Below, piece after piece: positions 26,340-40,000 of a stretch of DNA of 64,000 nucleotides (position 1 is its first letter; each line of letters begins with the position of its first letter). This DNA is from a virus (Duplodnaviria > Caudoviricetes), in the IMG/VR virus record IMGVR_UViG_3300037455_000245, positions 32,001 through 96,000 of that record; one strand, 5' to 3'. A program made the translations under genes and the position numbers. The notes below the pieces were generated by a model. It did no database searches, was not told the origin of the DNA, and saw only the letters and a list, made by a program, of their open reading frames with translations.

Positions 26340-27314
26340 ATGTATAGTACGAAAACAGCTATCACAATGAGTCTTAGAGACTTATTGGAGAAAGTGAGCG
26401 ACTATGACATTTATAGCTATTATCTAGGCTCATTTAAGCCTGGAAAACTAATGAACAGTCCCTTGCGCCCAGACGATAAGATCCCCAGCTTTGCTATATT
26501 TCCTAGCAAGACTGGAGATCTACTGTTTAAGGATCATGGGACAGGAGCATCTGGTAATGCTCTAAAGTTCATAAAACTATACAGACGCATTGATACACGT
26601 GAAGAACTTGAGCGTGAGCTCTTGAAAATCGTCAGGTGTATAAATCCTACACAGACAGCACAAAAGCCCGTTAGAAGGGCTGAAAATGCGTCTGAGACGC
26701 GTATTGGGATAGTGAGGCAACCATTTACTGAAATAGATAAGCAGTATTGGAAGCAATTTCATATATCTATTGACACATTGCGTCGATTTAATGTATTTAG
26801 TATAAAATACTTTTTGTGCAACAATATTGTTAGAGGAGTGTATAAGGAAGATAATCCAATGTATGCTTATAAGGTGTTTGATAAATTTAAAATATATCGA
26901 CCACTAGCAAGTAAGTATACAAAATGGAGAACTAACTTAACAGTACAACACGTACAAGGTCTGGAACAACTAAATCCAGATGGTGGAAATCTCCTCATTA
27001 TTACTAAATCTTTAAAAGACGTAATGTGTTTATATGAAATGGGTTTTAATGCAATATCGTCGAGTAGCGAAACTACTTTCATACCCGATGATACGCTTCA
27101 ATCTCTAAGGAAGAAGTGGAAGCACATCATTATTCTATATGATAGGGATACTGCAGGAATGCAGAATGCTCGTCAGTATAGTAAGCAATATAGCTTAGAT
27201 GCTATATTTGTTCATAAGAAGTTTAAGGCAAAGGACGTATCCGATGCTGTTAAAGGTAACGGATTCGTTGTTGTCAAAGAATGGTTAACTAAAACAGTAG
27301 AAAGATATGTGTGA
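26340..27314 (+). CDS. DNA primase (TOPRIM)
   Basis: SPLRPDDKIPSF..FKDHGTG N-domain, LIITKSLKDV and ILYDRDTAG motifs. Confidence 0.9.
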   Translation: MYSTKTAITMSLRDLLEKVSDYDIYSYYLGSFKPGKLMNSPLRPDDKIPSFAIFPSKTGDLLFKDHGTGASGNALKFIKLYRRIDTREELERELLKIVRCINPTQTAQKPVRRAENASETRIGIVRQPFTEIDKQYWKQFHISIDTLRRFNVFSIKYFLCNNIVRGVYKEDNPMYAYKVFDKFKIYRPLASKYTKWRTNLTVQHVQGLEQLNPDGGNLLIITKSLKDVMCLYEMGFNAISSSSETTFIPDDTLQSLRKKWKHIIILYDRDTAGMQNARQYSKQYSLDAIFVHKKFKAKDVSDAVKGNGFVVVKEWLTKTVERYV

Positions 27315-27462
27315 AGTTATAAGTTGTGTGCTCTCTTTTACACTCGGCATAATCGCTGGGGGTGTTGGTCTTTATTATAAGTTGTTAATGGATATTAAAG
27401 CCTTTGAAAGGGAGTATGAGCCCCTTCTGCTCTTGCTAAAGGAGAAGCAGAATGAAATCTAA
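27307..27462 (+). CDS. 51-aa membrane protein
   Basis: MCEVISCVLSFTLGIIAGGVGLYY, bridges the primase and nuclease genes. Confidence 0.5.
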   Translation: MCEVISCVLSFTLGIIAGGVGLYYKLLMDIKAFEREYEPLLLLLKEKQNEI

Positions 27463-27826
27463 AGGAAGGGTTAAGAATGCGACAGCCGTCGATGCGTATG
27501 GACTACACTTTCGTAGCAAACTCGAACTCTATACGTATGAAGCTTTTATGAAAGCAGGAATACCTGTTAAGTATGAGCCAAAGCATTTTACTCTTCTACC
27601 AAAGTTCGAATTTTTAGGCGAAAAAATAAGACCTATTACATACTTACCAGACTTCGTTGGACGAGGTTTTATAGTAGAATGTAAAGGTCTTATGGGGGAT
27701 TCGTTCCCCATTCGCTGGAAACTCTTTAAGTATTATTTACACAAACATCACGCCAAAACCAAATTATATTTAGTGAGAAATCACAAGCAGGTTGACGAGA
27801 TGGTTGAAGAACTTAAGAAAAAATGA
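27452..27826 (+). CDS. PD-(D/E)XK endonuclease (T7 endonuclease I / resolvase-like)
   Basis: FRSKLE...TYLPDF...IVECKG. Confidence 0.85.
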   Translation: MKSKGRVKNATAVDAYGLHFRSKLELYTYEAFMKAGIPVKYEPKHFTLLPKFEFLGEKIRPITYLPDFVGRGFIVECKGLMGDSFPIRWKLFKYYLHKHHAKTKLYLVRNHKQVDEMVEELKKK

Positions 27827-28071
27827 GTTTAGAAGAAGCAAATTACATGATGAATATCGGTATATTCTATACTGCAAATGGTTGGGAATGGTATATAGAT
27901 ACATGTCAGCCTTTTGGAGATATTATAGGATATAAAAAATACGATACTCCAAATGAGGCTTTAGTAGAATTGAAGGAATTTTTGAGATATTTTACAAAGA
28001 ATGTTCTCAAAAACGGAGATACTATTAGGGCATATGTTGAGAAACATAAACCAAAGAATGAGAAATCTTGA
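27823..28071 (+). CDS. Hypothetical protein
   Basis: 82-aa ORF, ATGA overlap. Confidence 0.7.
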   Translation: MSLEEANYMMNIGIFYTANGWEWYIDTCQPFGDIIGYKKYDTPNEALVELKEFLRYFTKNVLKNGDTIRAYVEKHKPKNEKS

Positions 28072-28212
28072 TTTTAGAAGATATAAAGGTGATCATTATA
28101 CAGATTTTGTAATAACAATATTCGATTTGTGTATAGGCGTTGGTTTTCGAAAAGAAAAATTAGAATACCGGACATCTCTTTTGTTTAACTTCTATTTTAA
28201 GAGAAAAGAATA

Positions 28213-29196
28213 ATGGACATTTCTATACCATATTACGAGGACCGAACTCGTATCTCGAACAGTAACATAGGCTGGTTTCTACAGAAGGGACCAGCCTATT
28301 TACATAAGATGTTAACTGATCCTCCTCCAGAGGAGAAGAACTACGTCTTAGAGCGTGGAACAATGATCCACATGTACCTACTCCAGCCCGAAGAGTTCCA
28401 AAAGACATACGTAGTCTGGGACAAAAGTAGACCTTCTTCAGCACAGCAGGAGAAGTTCTGTCAGGAGCTGGCCAATACACTCGAAATAGAGCCAAATAGA
28501 GCCATTCTAAGCGCATATCAGGCTGCCTATAGTACAAAAGGTAAGTCTGAGGAAACAATGCTCTCAGAAGGCCTTAAAATAGCCTCTACGCTTAAGGATT
28601 ATGTAGACTTCCTAAAGTTACATGATGGGAGAACTATGATTAGTCCTTACGATGCACAAATGCTTGAGAAAATCAAAAAGAATGTGCAAAACCACAAGTT
28701 GGCTTGGGATCTTATATGGTCAAAAGAATTATCATCGTGGCATGAATTTCACATCAATTGGACATACTATGTCAAGATGGCTGCTGGAGTTGAGTGTAAA
28801 TCATTATTAGATGGTCTTACACTTGATTTCAGAAACAAGAAGGCTATCATATATGACTTGAAGACCACACAAAAGTTGTGGCACTTTGAGGATAGTATAG
28901 ACCAGTATGACTATTGTAGGCAATTATGCTATTACTATCAGGCTGTTGTATGGTATCTAAAGTATGAACTCAAAGAAGATACTAATAGTTGGACTTTTGA
29001 TTTCTATATTATAGGTATCGATACTACTGGTAGTTATGAGATTCGTGTGTTCAAAGTTGATTACTACATGATTGACTCTCGTAAAGCGGTTATAATGAAT
29101 GCTATGAAGGAGATTATGTGGCATCAAGAGCATAACAAGTGGGAACATAGTAGAGCCTATTATGAAGGTGATGGCTCAGAAACTTTAAATTTATAA
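28213..29196 (+). CDS. PD-(D/E)XK exonuclease (RecE / Cas4-like)
   Basis: ISNS..GTMIH..LLQPEEF, CKSLLD, IYDLKTT, YCRQLCYY. Confidence 0.85.
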   Translation: MDISIPYYEDRTRISNSNIGWFLQKGPAYLHKMLTDPPPEEKNYVLERGTMIHMYLLQPEEFQKTYVVWDKSRPSSAQQEKFCQELANTLEIEPNRAILSAYQAAYSTKGKSEETMLSEGLKIASTLKDYVDFLKLHDGRTMISPYDAQMLEKIKKNVQNHKLAWDLIWSKELSSWHEFHINWTYYVKMAAGVECKSLLDGLTLDFRNKKAIIYDLKTTQKLWHFEDSIDQYDYCRQLCYYYQAVVWYLKYELKEDTNSWTFDFYIIGIDTTGSYEIRVFKVDYYMIDSRKAVIMNAMKEIMWHQEHNKWEHSRAYYEGDGSETLNL

Positions 29197-29201
29197 ACAT
29201 T

Positions 29202-29417
29202 ATGAAAAATATTAGTAATTTAGCAGAAACGTATTTAAAAAGTTTAAATAACATTCCTGAAAATATGGTAGAAATAGTAAAAAATGCATATATAGCTGGA
29301 TATAATCAGCAGGAAATAGAGGATTCGTTTGACAATGATATACAAGATGACGAAGAAGACGTTTTTGCTGACTGTATTGACGATATCACTCCTATAGATT
29401 TAACTGATGGAGAGTAA
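29202..29417 (+). CDS. Small protein with an acidic tail
   Basis: AYIAGY motif and D/E-rich C-terminus. Confidence 0.7.
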   Translation: MKNISNLAETYLKSLNNIPENMVEIVKNAYIAGYNQQEIEDSFDNDIQDDEEDVFADCIDDITPIDLTDGE

Positions 29418-29763
29418 TATTTATTCTATTGTTTATTATATAGATAATTCATACAAAATAAAGAATTATATAAGGTCGTTAGATATATTGAGATTTGGAA
29501 ATAATTATGAGTCTAAAATATATTTAACAAAAATAGATTATAGAATAAAGAACCTTTTGTTGTCCGAACCAAATTTTATAAGGTTGGGTTTGGATGATAA
29601 AGGTATTTATGCTATATTTATGATTCCAAAAAAGTATGAATATCTTGTAGTAATAGTAGATAAAGTTGGATACAGAGGGATGACAAAAGAGATGTTGTCC
29701 CTTTACAACAAAAAGACCTTAGGTAAAAAAATATTACCTAAGGTCTTTTTTTATTCCAAATAA
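29407..29763 (+). CDS. Hypothetical protein
   Basis: 118-aa AT-rich ORF, last gene of the + arm. Confidence 0.6.
   Translation: MESNIYSIVYYIDNSYKIKNYIRSLDILRFGNNYESKIYLTKIDYRIKNLLLSEPNFIRLGLDDKGIYAIFMIPKKYEYLVVIVDKVGYRGMTKEMLSLYNKKTLGKKILPKVFFYSK
29710..29752. terminator. Bidirectional terminator at the convergence of the two arms
   Basis: AAAAAGACCTTAGGTAA/TTACCTAAGGTCTTTTT perfect inverted repeat. Confidence 0.85.
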
Positions 29764-29784
29764 TAAGAAGTATACTCATAGGGT

Positions 29785-32700
29785 TTAATCTTCGTTTTCT
29801 TGATCATACCCCCATATTAAATCGTACAATAGACTATATCTTTCGAACTTATCCAACTTCATCACCTGCGTTTCATTATATCTACGCTTTGCTGCAGGAT
29901 CAATAAACTATTCGAAGATATTGTGGAAAGGTATTGTTTTCATGAAATTTCTAAAACCTTCCGTATATCCTTGATATGTACCGTTTTGTATAATTCCATC
30001 GTCTTCTTCAAATTCTGACTCTTCGTCACTAAAAAAGTTTAAAGCCAGTCTATAAATACCGGAAACTATAGATTGGGAGGCATAGTTTCTTCCATATCCC
30101 AACGTTGACATAAATAAACTAGTACCCATTCCAGATGTAAATGTTAATAATGCGTCACTCACGGACGTGGCAGCTGTTGCTGATTTTACGTTGTTTAATA
30201 TATCTATGAGATTATATTTACTATTTGTTTCAAATTGGACAGCTCTAGCCCAATATGCAAGTGTTTGAAGCAATAGCCATTTAAGTCTATCGTCGTCTTT
30301 ATCTGTACTGTCTGCACATGCCACAAGAAGGTTTGCTATAGGAGCAATTGCGAAGTTTATTAGCATGACCTCATAAAAAGTTTGTCTTATCTAATACGCG
30401 TTTGCTATCTAGTTATCATGTTCTTCCTAAGACTGACCTTCTTTTAAAGAGGCAAATTTAACTCCAAGTGGATTTAATACATCCCCTAAACCTGTACCAA
30501 AGAATTCGTTGTTTACGTTCTTTAACGATTTACGATCTTTTCTATGTTTGATATTATAAACCAAACTTGTAGCTAAAGAAATTGTACCACATCCGGCTAA
30601 AAATACAGGAGAAAATCCGCCAAACGCAAGTCCAACAAACGCTCCTGCGCCAGCTGCAGCTAATGCGTTTGAAGCCCAAAGATTTCTACAATAGTTAAAC
30701 AACGTTCTAAATTGACCTCCTTTATATTCTTCTGCATCAAAATCATATACACGTTTACCCCACGTCTGTTGTAGCATTAATGGTATATATTGTCTGTGAA
30801 TAAGCACAAATGCTCCTAAAAAATTTCGTGTCATCAACGCCTTTTGCAATCTTGTTGCCATACCGTCGGCTTGTTCTGCATTTTTCATGGCTTTGTTTGA
30901 CGCTGTATTTTTTATCTTTTCCCACGCCGCTTGATATTCTGGTTTTACGATAAGTTTTGTGTCGTTCGAGTTAACTTTAAAATTCCACGCTTCGGAATCT
31001 CCTTCAAATATATTATATGCGTTGACTTTTGAATTTTTAAACTCTTTCATCAACTCTTTATATTTTTCCTCGCCAAGTATAAGACGTTGTTCTTCTATCA
31101 TATGTTTTGTCATAAACTAACCGTTTACATATCTATACGATAGAAGCGTAGCAACCATGATTGTAGCTTTGGAATAAATGTCTGCTGCGGACATTATACC
31201 GAAAGTGCTGTTTTTGTATATTGCCTGTAATATTCTATTTCTGTTTGAATGCTCAGATTTTTTTCCAGATTGGTCTGATAAATCCATAAGCTCCATCAAC
31301 AGTATTAATTTGTTTTTAGTAAGTCTATCTCCTATAAACCTAGCTCCTGCAAAGTTTGACCCAAATTCATTTAAAGTTATTAGGCCAGCATTAAACATGT
31401 CACTTTTGCTATATTTATATCCAACTATACCATTTATAACATGTGTAAACATTGTAGTAAAGAATCCAACCATTGCTACTTTCGGGTTCATTCCTAAGTT
31501 TCTTGCTGTGGTCATTCTTTTTAACAGCGATAAGATTTTTGTGAGATCTATTCCAAACAATCCAAAAGAGTCTCTTTGCATGTCATAGAGATCACGCTCT
31601 ATTAATTTCCTTGCATAATTGAACGTGTTTGACTATTGATTGTTTCCTCCAGTAAGCTTTATTTTATCAGTAACTTTTCTAAATTTACCAAATCTATCGG
31701 AATTTTTAAACTTCTAATCCCGTATCAAATCGAGTATTAATTCACAATCGTCACGTATAATAGACCGTTCTTTATATTGACAAGACATCATGTAATAATC
31801 TCTAGTTATTCCAACTATATCTTTTGATATTAATTCCGGATGCTCTAGCGGTTTTGTAAACGGTGTTGGTATTACATGAAATTCTCTTCCGTCTGGGTAT
31901 ACTCCAGATATAGACTGCGTTCTACCGACAGATGATTCCTAATATGCAGTATTAATATCTGTATCATTGGGATCCTCGGAAAGACCTATTATTCTACCAA
32001 ATCCAAATATCTTACTTAAGAAGTTTTTAAATCCTTTGTATGTAGATTTTCTATACAACCGTTCCATAGCAGTGCACTCCTGCTACGGCAATAAATAATC
32101 ATCTGCAAATTCTCTGTTCTGCATTTGATTTGCTTCATGAATAGTATTGAAAATTCCATTATACAACGCTTTTAGAGTTTCAGAACCACCGTGGCGTACT
32201 CCGTTCTCGTCCTTTTTGCCAAAAATCTTAGAGTAATTTTCTTCGTTGTCATACAACTCTCGTTTTGGAACATAAGACATATTGTAACTTTCGTCAAAGT
32301 TATGGTTTAACAAATCGGATTCTTGTTTATCAATCCACGCATCGTTTGGCGAAATCTCCATAAAACTTTCGTCTACAGTCTCCATTCTCTACAACCAAGA
32401 ATACGGAACAAATGTACCCTCTATATCAAAAAGATCGTCATCAAAAGTTATATATCCATAAGTGTTCCCTAGAATTATGTTCATAAGCTCGTTTTCTGTA
32501 GTCTCGTCATCAATATCTTCTATTTCAGATAACTATCTCTGAGCTTCTTTTCTAGCCTCTTCCTTTGCTCGTTTTAATTGTTCTGTATCTACATATTTGA
32601 TATATTTATCCCAAATCTCTTTAAACTTGGCTATTCTTGCAGCGTCTGTTCCTTGCGATTTATAACGTTCACTATACATCTTTCTGTCGAGCTCTATAAG

Positions 32701-35700
32701 CGCATTTAACAAAACTTGAGGTATACTATTGGCATCATATTCTCCGTTTAACATACGATATTTACTTAAAATATCCTTTTTCTTCTACTTTAGCTCCTCG
32801 TATGCTTCGCCATAGTTTATTTTAAAATCGCCAAATTCTTTCTCTATTTCAAGAAACACTAAAGCTTCGCCAAATTCATTCTTTTTTAACGTTTTTATAG
32901 AATTTCGCTGATCCCATTTACTGAGCTCTTCCGAATCTTTTCCGTATTTTGCTATAACTTCGTTTCTCGCCTTAAGCCATTTATCTTTTTTATATTGCTT
33001 CTCCTTGTATGTATTATCTCTTTTCTTTTTAAACGGATTGGGAACATTATACAACTCTTCATATAAATTAGCTAACGCCTCAGCATCTTCTCGATCCTAC
33101 CCTTCTCGTTCAAATCCGTACTCATTTATAGGACTACGTAAAAATCTTCTACGTTCCCAAAGCTTATTTAATTTGTCCCAGTCTTCATCAGACAACTGTT
33201 CATAGTGAGGAACACCATCTGCGTCGTATAAATTTTTATAATTGGACGTAATTGATTCTATCTGAGTTCTTATAGCGCCAAGTTGATCTTTTATTCTTTG
33301 TGGGAGTTTAGAGTAATGTTCATAGTATTCCGGTTTATATTTACGCTCACAGTGCGCATTCAACCATTCGTCTTTTTTCTCTTCAAAATACTACTTTGCA
33401 GTATATGTTTTTACTACGGTATTGCCTTTCTTGTCTGTGATTTTTATATTAGCTGTTCTTTTTCCAGCTTCACCGTCTGGAGCAACTCTAGAATCTACAG
33501 ATAATGTAGCTAACCCAAAATATTTAATAAGATCTTTATTTATGCCGTGAATAGCCTCTATATAATCTCGTTTAAATCTACCGAAATTTAGATCGCGCAT
33601 CAAATATCCTGTAAAATTACCATTTTCGTCAGTTTCATATAGATGCCAACCCTTCTCTCCACGTTTAAGGTTTTTCTATAATTTTAGCAAATCGGTCTAT
33701 TTATCTTGTGTAGCAAATTGAGCTTTACTTAAAGCGCTATTTATCATGTAACTAATAGCGCGTACAGCATCGTTTGCACTAGCGTCTGATGCACCGGCGA
33801 TTAATTCTAATGACGATATGTCGTCTAATACAGAATTTCCATTTATGGCGTCTATATATTTATCTATACCTTTATAACCTACTTCTTTAGCTTTCTTTTT
33901 TAGAGTATGAATGCCGTTTTCTTTAAGCATATATTCTAGAATATGCATTGCCTCTTCACTAAACGACTTTGCATTCTTCAAGCTTTGCTCCATGGCAAAT
34001 ATGTCGTCTATTGTTAGCTTTTGTTGATCTGGATTGAGATGCTTGTTGTATTCTTCTACAATTCTAGATTTATTGGACGAATCAACTAATATTGATAATA
34101 TCGTGTCAAACGCTTTATTGTACATGCCTACGTTTGCGTGCATTTCGCGCATATAATCTGAGTTTGTAAACACGCCATTTTCTCTTCTGATAGTTCTAAG
34201 CTTGTCTACAGTTTCAATCATAGCAGGTACAGCCGTCTTTAATAGATTTTGTATGGCATTGTACTTTCCAACTTCGTCTATTACGAACATCTCAAGCTGG
34301 TTCTCTGTTGTGGAAATAAGTCTACCTTTTTCTACAGAATCTAGCAAAGATGCTTTTAATGCCTACACTCGAGTGTTAAGCATTTCCTGAATTTCCTCTA
34401 TTTTGTGTACTTGCACTCCGTCAGAAGCAAGGTAGTTTTTCTCAACTTCTTGCATTTTCTCAAGCATTTTCATGCTTTCTATAAAATCTTCGTGATTCAA
34501 CAAAGACTTGTTAGCGTTTGCATAAACCTGCTTAAGTTTAGAGTTATCAGTGTTTCCTCTTTCTATAGTAGGAGCGCCTATAAGATAGTTAGTAAGTATA
34601 TTTTCGTAATCCTATATATCTGTCAATAACGAATTTTGTGCGAATATAGCACGTTTTCCGAAAGCTTTTGCTATCTTGTTCACAAGATTTTTTAATGTAG
34701 CCAATATACCAGATTTTCTGTTTAGTCGATCTATCTTTTCGGCAATGCCACACATCTGAGCTCTAACTATAGGATCGGATGCAAAACATGCAGCAAACTC
34801 TTTTTCGTTTGCGAGAGCATACATACCATCTATTACATTCTTAGAATGCACATCAAGATGTTTTATGTGTTTTGTTATTTTGTTGTATGCGTCTCGGTTA
34901 GCTCTCACAAATTCAAAATCAGCTTGTGTCTTTGGATTATTTATAATATCTACAGTTACTGCGTGTATTAGCTCGTGCATTATGGTAACTCCAGTGTATC
35001 CACGGGACACTTGATTAAGTTCATCCGGATTTATGAATATAACACTAGCACTTCCATCAGTAATTGTTTTCGCAAACTCTCCTATCTTCATAGAGTATCC
35101 TATACGGACAGGAACGTCGTGAAGAGATAGGGCTTTTGCAAGTTTATTATCTACAGAATGAAACACTCCACTAGATAACATTGCTCGCATTAAATCTCTA
35201 CTACTAACGGTTTCTCCGTTCATCAGTTTCTAAGACAATTCTTGACCAAAAGAAGAAACTATATTTGCAGGTTTAAAATACTCACTATTTTCGTCGAACG
35301 TTACATCATTTTTGAGGTGATATATATTATTCGTTTTTGGATTCCAAGTACCAAGGTTCTCTACGTGTTTTATTTGATTTGGTTCTTTTACAATATACAC
35401 ATCTCCAAACAGAACGTCAAATTTATTTTTGCTTATCGAACCATCGTATAAATTAGACTTCAACTCATCTAATAGCTATTTTTCCTTTTCTTGATATTCT
35501 ATAAAAATAGAACTATATTTGCCTGCCATCAGAGGATTTGTATCATTTGGCGACATCTAAAAGTCGGATTCTAGTGGATCTTTTATATTTAAGTACAGAG
35601 GAAGCGCTTCAGGAGAATATATAAGATTTTGTGTACCATACATCGCGTTAATAAGTTGATTTGCAGCAACCTGTCTGTATTTTGAATTTGGATTTATATT

Positions 35701-37056
35701 CTCTTTTATAAAATGTAACGTGTTTACTGAAGTATGTTCTCTATTTCCACCAACAAATTCAAGCCCTGTTGTTAAATAAGATATAATTTTAGCTCTTCTA
35801 CTTAATTCTTCTATTTCAGAATTAAGATTTGTAATTAGCCGCTAATATTCTTTTTTTACAGATTGCGAATTTGTGTAATCTACGCCGAGAAACGATAATA
35901 TATTATTAAAAACTTTCTTTATAAAAGAATCATCTTTTACATTGTATAATTGTTGTGTTATTTTATTGACTTCACTGTGTAATTGACCTATTTTTTTATA
36001 TATGTCTTTTGTAGTAGGTAAATTATCGGAATCAAATAAATCGTACACAGAACTTATAATATCTATAATACTGTCAATTTCATGAGCTTTAATTCCAGTA
36101 TATACAGCATTGTCATAACTAGAAGTAAAATAAAATTGTTGATTATTCGCTCCCCTATTTCCCTTACCGCTCATGTTTTTGTCAAATCCATTAGTTTTTA
36201 TAGAATCGTACGTTCTGGTTCCGTGCCACACAACTAAAGGTTCACCATTCTCATCTACAACTTTAGAAACGGACTTTGATTTTCTAGACTTTATTTCTAC
36301 TTGGCGTACGTTTTTATCTATATCAAGCGGTTCAATAGATTTTATAGTTGCGCCACGATATATTTTTACTTCAGATTCGCCTTGTAATGAAATATGTCCG
36401 GTATTATTATTTATAACAATTTTAACAAGTCCGATTTTATTCAAATCTTGTCCTTTTTGATTGGCATATTGATTTGCATAATCAATAGCATACCCAAGAG
36501 TGTAAGATCCATAGAATGCATTTTCATCTATATTAAAATACTAGCTTTGATTTTTTCTAAAATCGATTCCATTCAATAAAGATTGTATATCGTTTGATGC
36601 TGCATATATTGTAATGTCTTCTCCAGAATCAAATTTTTTTCTTATATTGTCTACTTGTTCTCTAGATAAATATCTATTTTCTGGTATATTATAAATCTCA
36701 TACCTATATTTTTTGTCATAGGTTTTTGTCCAATCTCCAAACCAGTTAAAAAACTCATCAGAATAAACATTAGATTTAGCTATTATAGCTTTAGCTCTGT
36801 CTCCATTAAAATGACTCAAAAGAGTCTAAAATAATAACGATGGTTTGCCCTACGGAGTTTCGTCAAGGAAATTACCACCGTTTCTATCATAAGTTATATA
36901 AGCAGCCTCCATTGCAAGATAATCCTGCCCAGTTCGCTAATTTCTTAGCGAACTTGAGCGGAATTCATCTTCTGTCATAGGTCTGCCACCAAAAGCTTCA
37001 ACCATTTCGTTGAAGCCGTCAAATACAAATTTATTTTTATAATTTGGGCAAAACAT
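29785..37056 (-). CDS. ~2,423-aa virion cargo / ejection protein, TAG-recoded, with zincin HELIH and ART-PolyVal-like motifs
   Basis: 13 track fragments share one frame, and those checked end in TAG. ATG 37056 (MFCPNY) to TAA 29785. Motifs WFGDW, KVVDENGEPLVVWHGT, FYFT, PNQIK, HELIH. Confidence 0.85.
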
Positions 37057-37067
37057 AGTTATTTTTT

Positions 37068-40000
37068 TTAATCGAACGCATCAAAATCATCAAATGAGTC
37101 ATTCACATTATTGTCACATTTGGTGTTTTCCGCGTTTGTTCTACTTGCTTCATCTATCTACTTCAATATTGCAAGTTGTTCAGGAATTTTTTCTTCGTTG
37201 TCAAAATCTCCTAGATCCATAGCAGAGCCTTCAAAAGAGTCGTCGATAATGTCATCGTTAGTATCGTCTATCATGTCTACAGCTTTTTCCAGATCAGATC
37301 GATTATCTTTTAAAGCGCTTTCTATTAACTATTCGGCTTGTGTGCTACTTTGCATAGAATAATCTTCTTTTCTGTTATCCAAAGCCCACTTTAATTTGTC
37401 ATATAATTTAGGATTTTTAAATTGTGCGTAATTGCTTAATGCAACGTTTGCACTAATTGAAGAATCGCTAAATAATTTTACAAATTGTACAGCTTCGGCT
37501 GAAGTAGTACTACCATAATAAGATGCATCCATGTATATTTCGTCTTCTTTTCCTTCACGAACTTTGTTCATTAACGAGAGTAGATATTTGTTTATCTTAT
37601 ACTACTTTACAGCAAATTCTATAGAGTTACTATCTTTTAGCAACCTTTTTGCAGTAGGACTGTCAGTACCAATAATACGCAAATATTCATCTTTATCTTG
37701 CTGTGTTATCTGAACATTGTGCTTGTCTGTTACCTTTACATGGACTCTACGAACAAACGAATCGTCAAACAATAACGTCTTTATTTTATCTAAATCAGAT
37801 TTTGTTACTGGTTTATCAACATTTAATGTGATTATTTTCTTTAAATTATCCTCGCTTATACCAGTTTTATTATCTTCTTCGTAAGATTTGAACTCTGTAG
37901 TGCCTGTTGTATTTATTTCTAAAACAACATTTGCTGCATTTATGCACTCTTTTTCTGGGTCTTTAAACTTTCCACCAGACGTCTCGGATGCAGGATGTAG
38001 GTGCACCCTATTTACAATTTCTTTGAATTGTTGTGTATCAAGATTCAAATAAGTACTTCTATTAAATAAATCATATGTCTGTGGAATTTCTTTATCTTGC
38101 CATATAATATCCACATCAAACTTTCTATCTTTTTTAGAATTAACCTTATCTACAAGATCTTGTACTTCTTTTCTAATAGCCTGATGAGAGAAGTTTGTAC
38201 TTATCCTATTATCTTCGAACACCGATGGTGTTTCGTAATCTGCATAAAATTCAAACTGGTGACTGTTTTGCTGATGAAGGCCTGCTTTTGGTATCGGTAT
38301 ATAGATAGACATCTTTTTAGCCGGCTTCCCATCTTCAACAGATTTTGCCTAAGTTATTCCAACCTTTCGATAAAGCAAAGTCTCTCTTCTTATTTTAATC
38401 TTAAAGAAATCGTTGTGCTTTACAGTGTTATCGTTAGAATCAATTGCTATATACTGCGGAAATCCATATTCTCTACCGTGCACCATAGACGGTCCATAGA
38501 CAGGATTATTACTTGTAAATGGATATTTAGAAGAGTAACTTCCGGGATAATATCTTGGGACAATATTATCATCATACCAATAATTCCTAGATATAATATC
38601 CATCATTTTGGACACATTAGAATTATCATAAATAATATTCATACCCTGTTTAATATCTTCCTCGTTCGAAGAGTTAAGTAACGATAGAGTTTTGCTAAGC
38701 GCTAGATCGTATTGTTTTCTGTATTCTGGAGGAACTAATTCAAAGAACGAATTCATTGTATTTTGGTCGTACGCAGAATAATATGCATAAAACACTAGAT
38801 CTGTTGCGATATCCTTTACATCCTCGGATTTAGAATTCAATAGTTGAGCAAACGAAGATATTAGTTTTCTCTTATACTGAGAATCTTTATCTATCAAAGA
38901 TGTAATCAATGTTATTTTACCAACGGGTGACTTCTAGTTCGGCGACTATGGAACAAGTATATCAAGCAGCTCGTTGTATACTTTCCCAGTTTTTTGATCT
39001 ATGAGATCAAAATAGTCCCATTTCTTCTTGTTGTTTTTTAAATTCGTCTGTAATTCAGCAATACGTTTGTACAAAGGAGGTGTTTTGTCATTACCGTACA
39101 GTATACGTTTCCAATTTTCTACAACAGCTTGTTTATTTCCTCCTAAAGTCAGGTCTATGGATCCTTCTGGAAGTTCAGACAAAGTCATTGTTCCTGCATT
39201 AAACATGGCGTTAAATCTCATGATATTATCGATTGCGGATCCAATTGCATCTATCTTATCTGCATTATATTCGCGTTCGTACAACTCCGGATCTCCGCCA
39301 TTTATATGTGAAAATATCCACCTAAACGAATCTTCAAATATTTTAGTTGCCGTGAACAATTGCGACTTTAACATATTTCTTATAAGTTTAGTAGACTTTG
39401 TAAACTTGTCCTCAAGGTAAGAATCTTCGAAATATCGTCTAATAGCCTCTCTCTAAGCAGCTTTTTTATCGACTTTTCCATTGTCGTCCAAGAACTACCC
39501 ATCGAAATCCGGATCATTTATTGTCCAAACAGCACCATCTTCCCTAATATGATCCATTTTATTTCTAAAATCAATCATTTGTTTTATAGTATTGCCAAAT
39601 TTCTTTGTATCTATCTAAGAAGCACTTACCAACGAAGATATCGCTTGGGCGTGTTCTGATATTTCCTGGAAGCATCTAATACAAGCTAGTTGGTGCTCAT
39701 AATAATCGATTAATTCAACATCGTCGCTAGACCTACCTTTTTGTATCTAATTCTTTCCTATTTGTTCATCAAATACTTTTGCTCTGTCATAATCAAAACT
39801 AGGTTCTTTCTCAGCACCTTCACCTTTTTTATTTTTATTATGATTTTTAGACTTATAATCTGCGTACTAAATAAGCTTATTTAACCGATCTTGTTCTTCC
39901 TTAGACAAAATAGATCCGTCTTTCTTAACTAAACGACTACGTATACCGTTAAGTTTATTTCGTGTCGATGCATATTCGTGTTGTATACATTGATTCCTAC

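Noticed and set aside
28001-28213. 70-aa ORF as listed in the track
   Set aside because: It overlaps the upstream gene. A shorter version from an internal ATG may be real, but the start cannot be supported.
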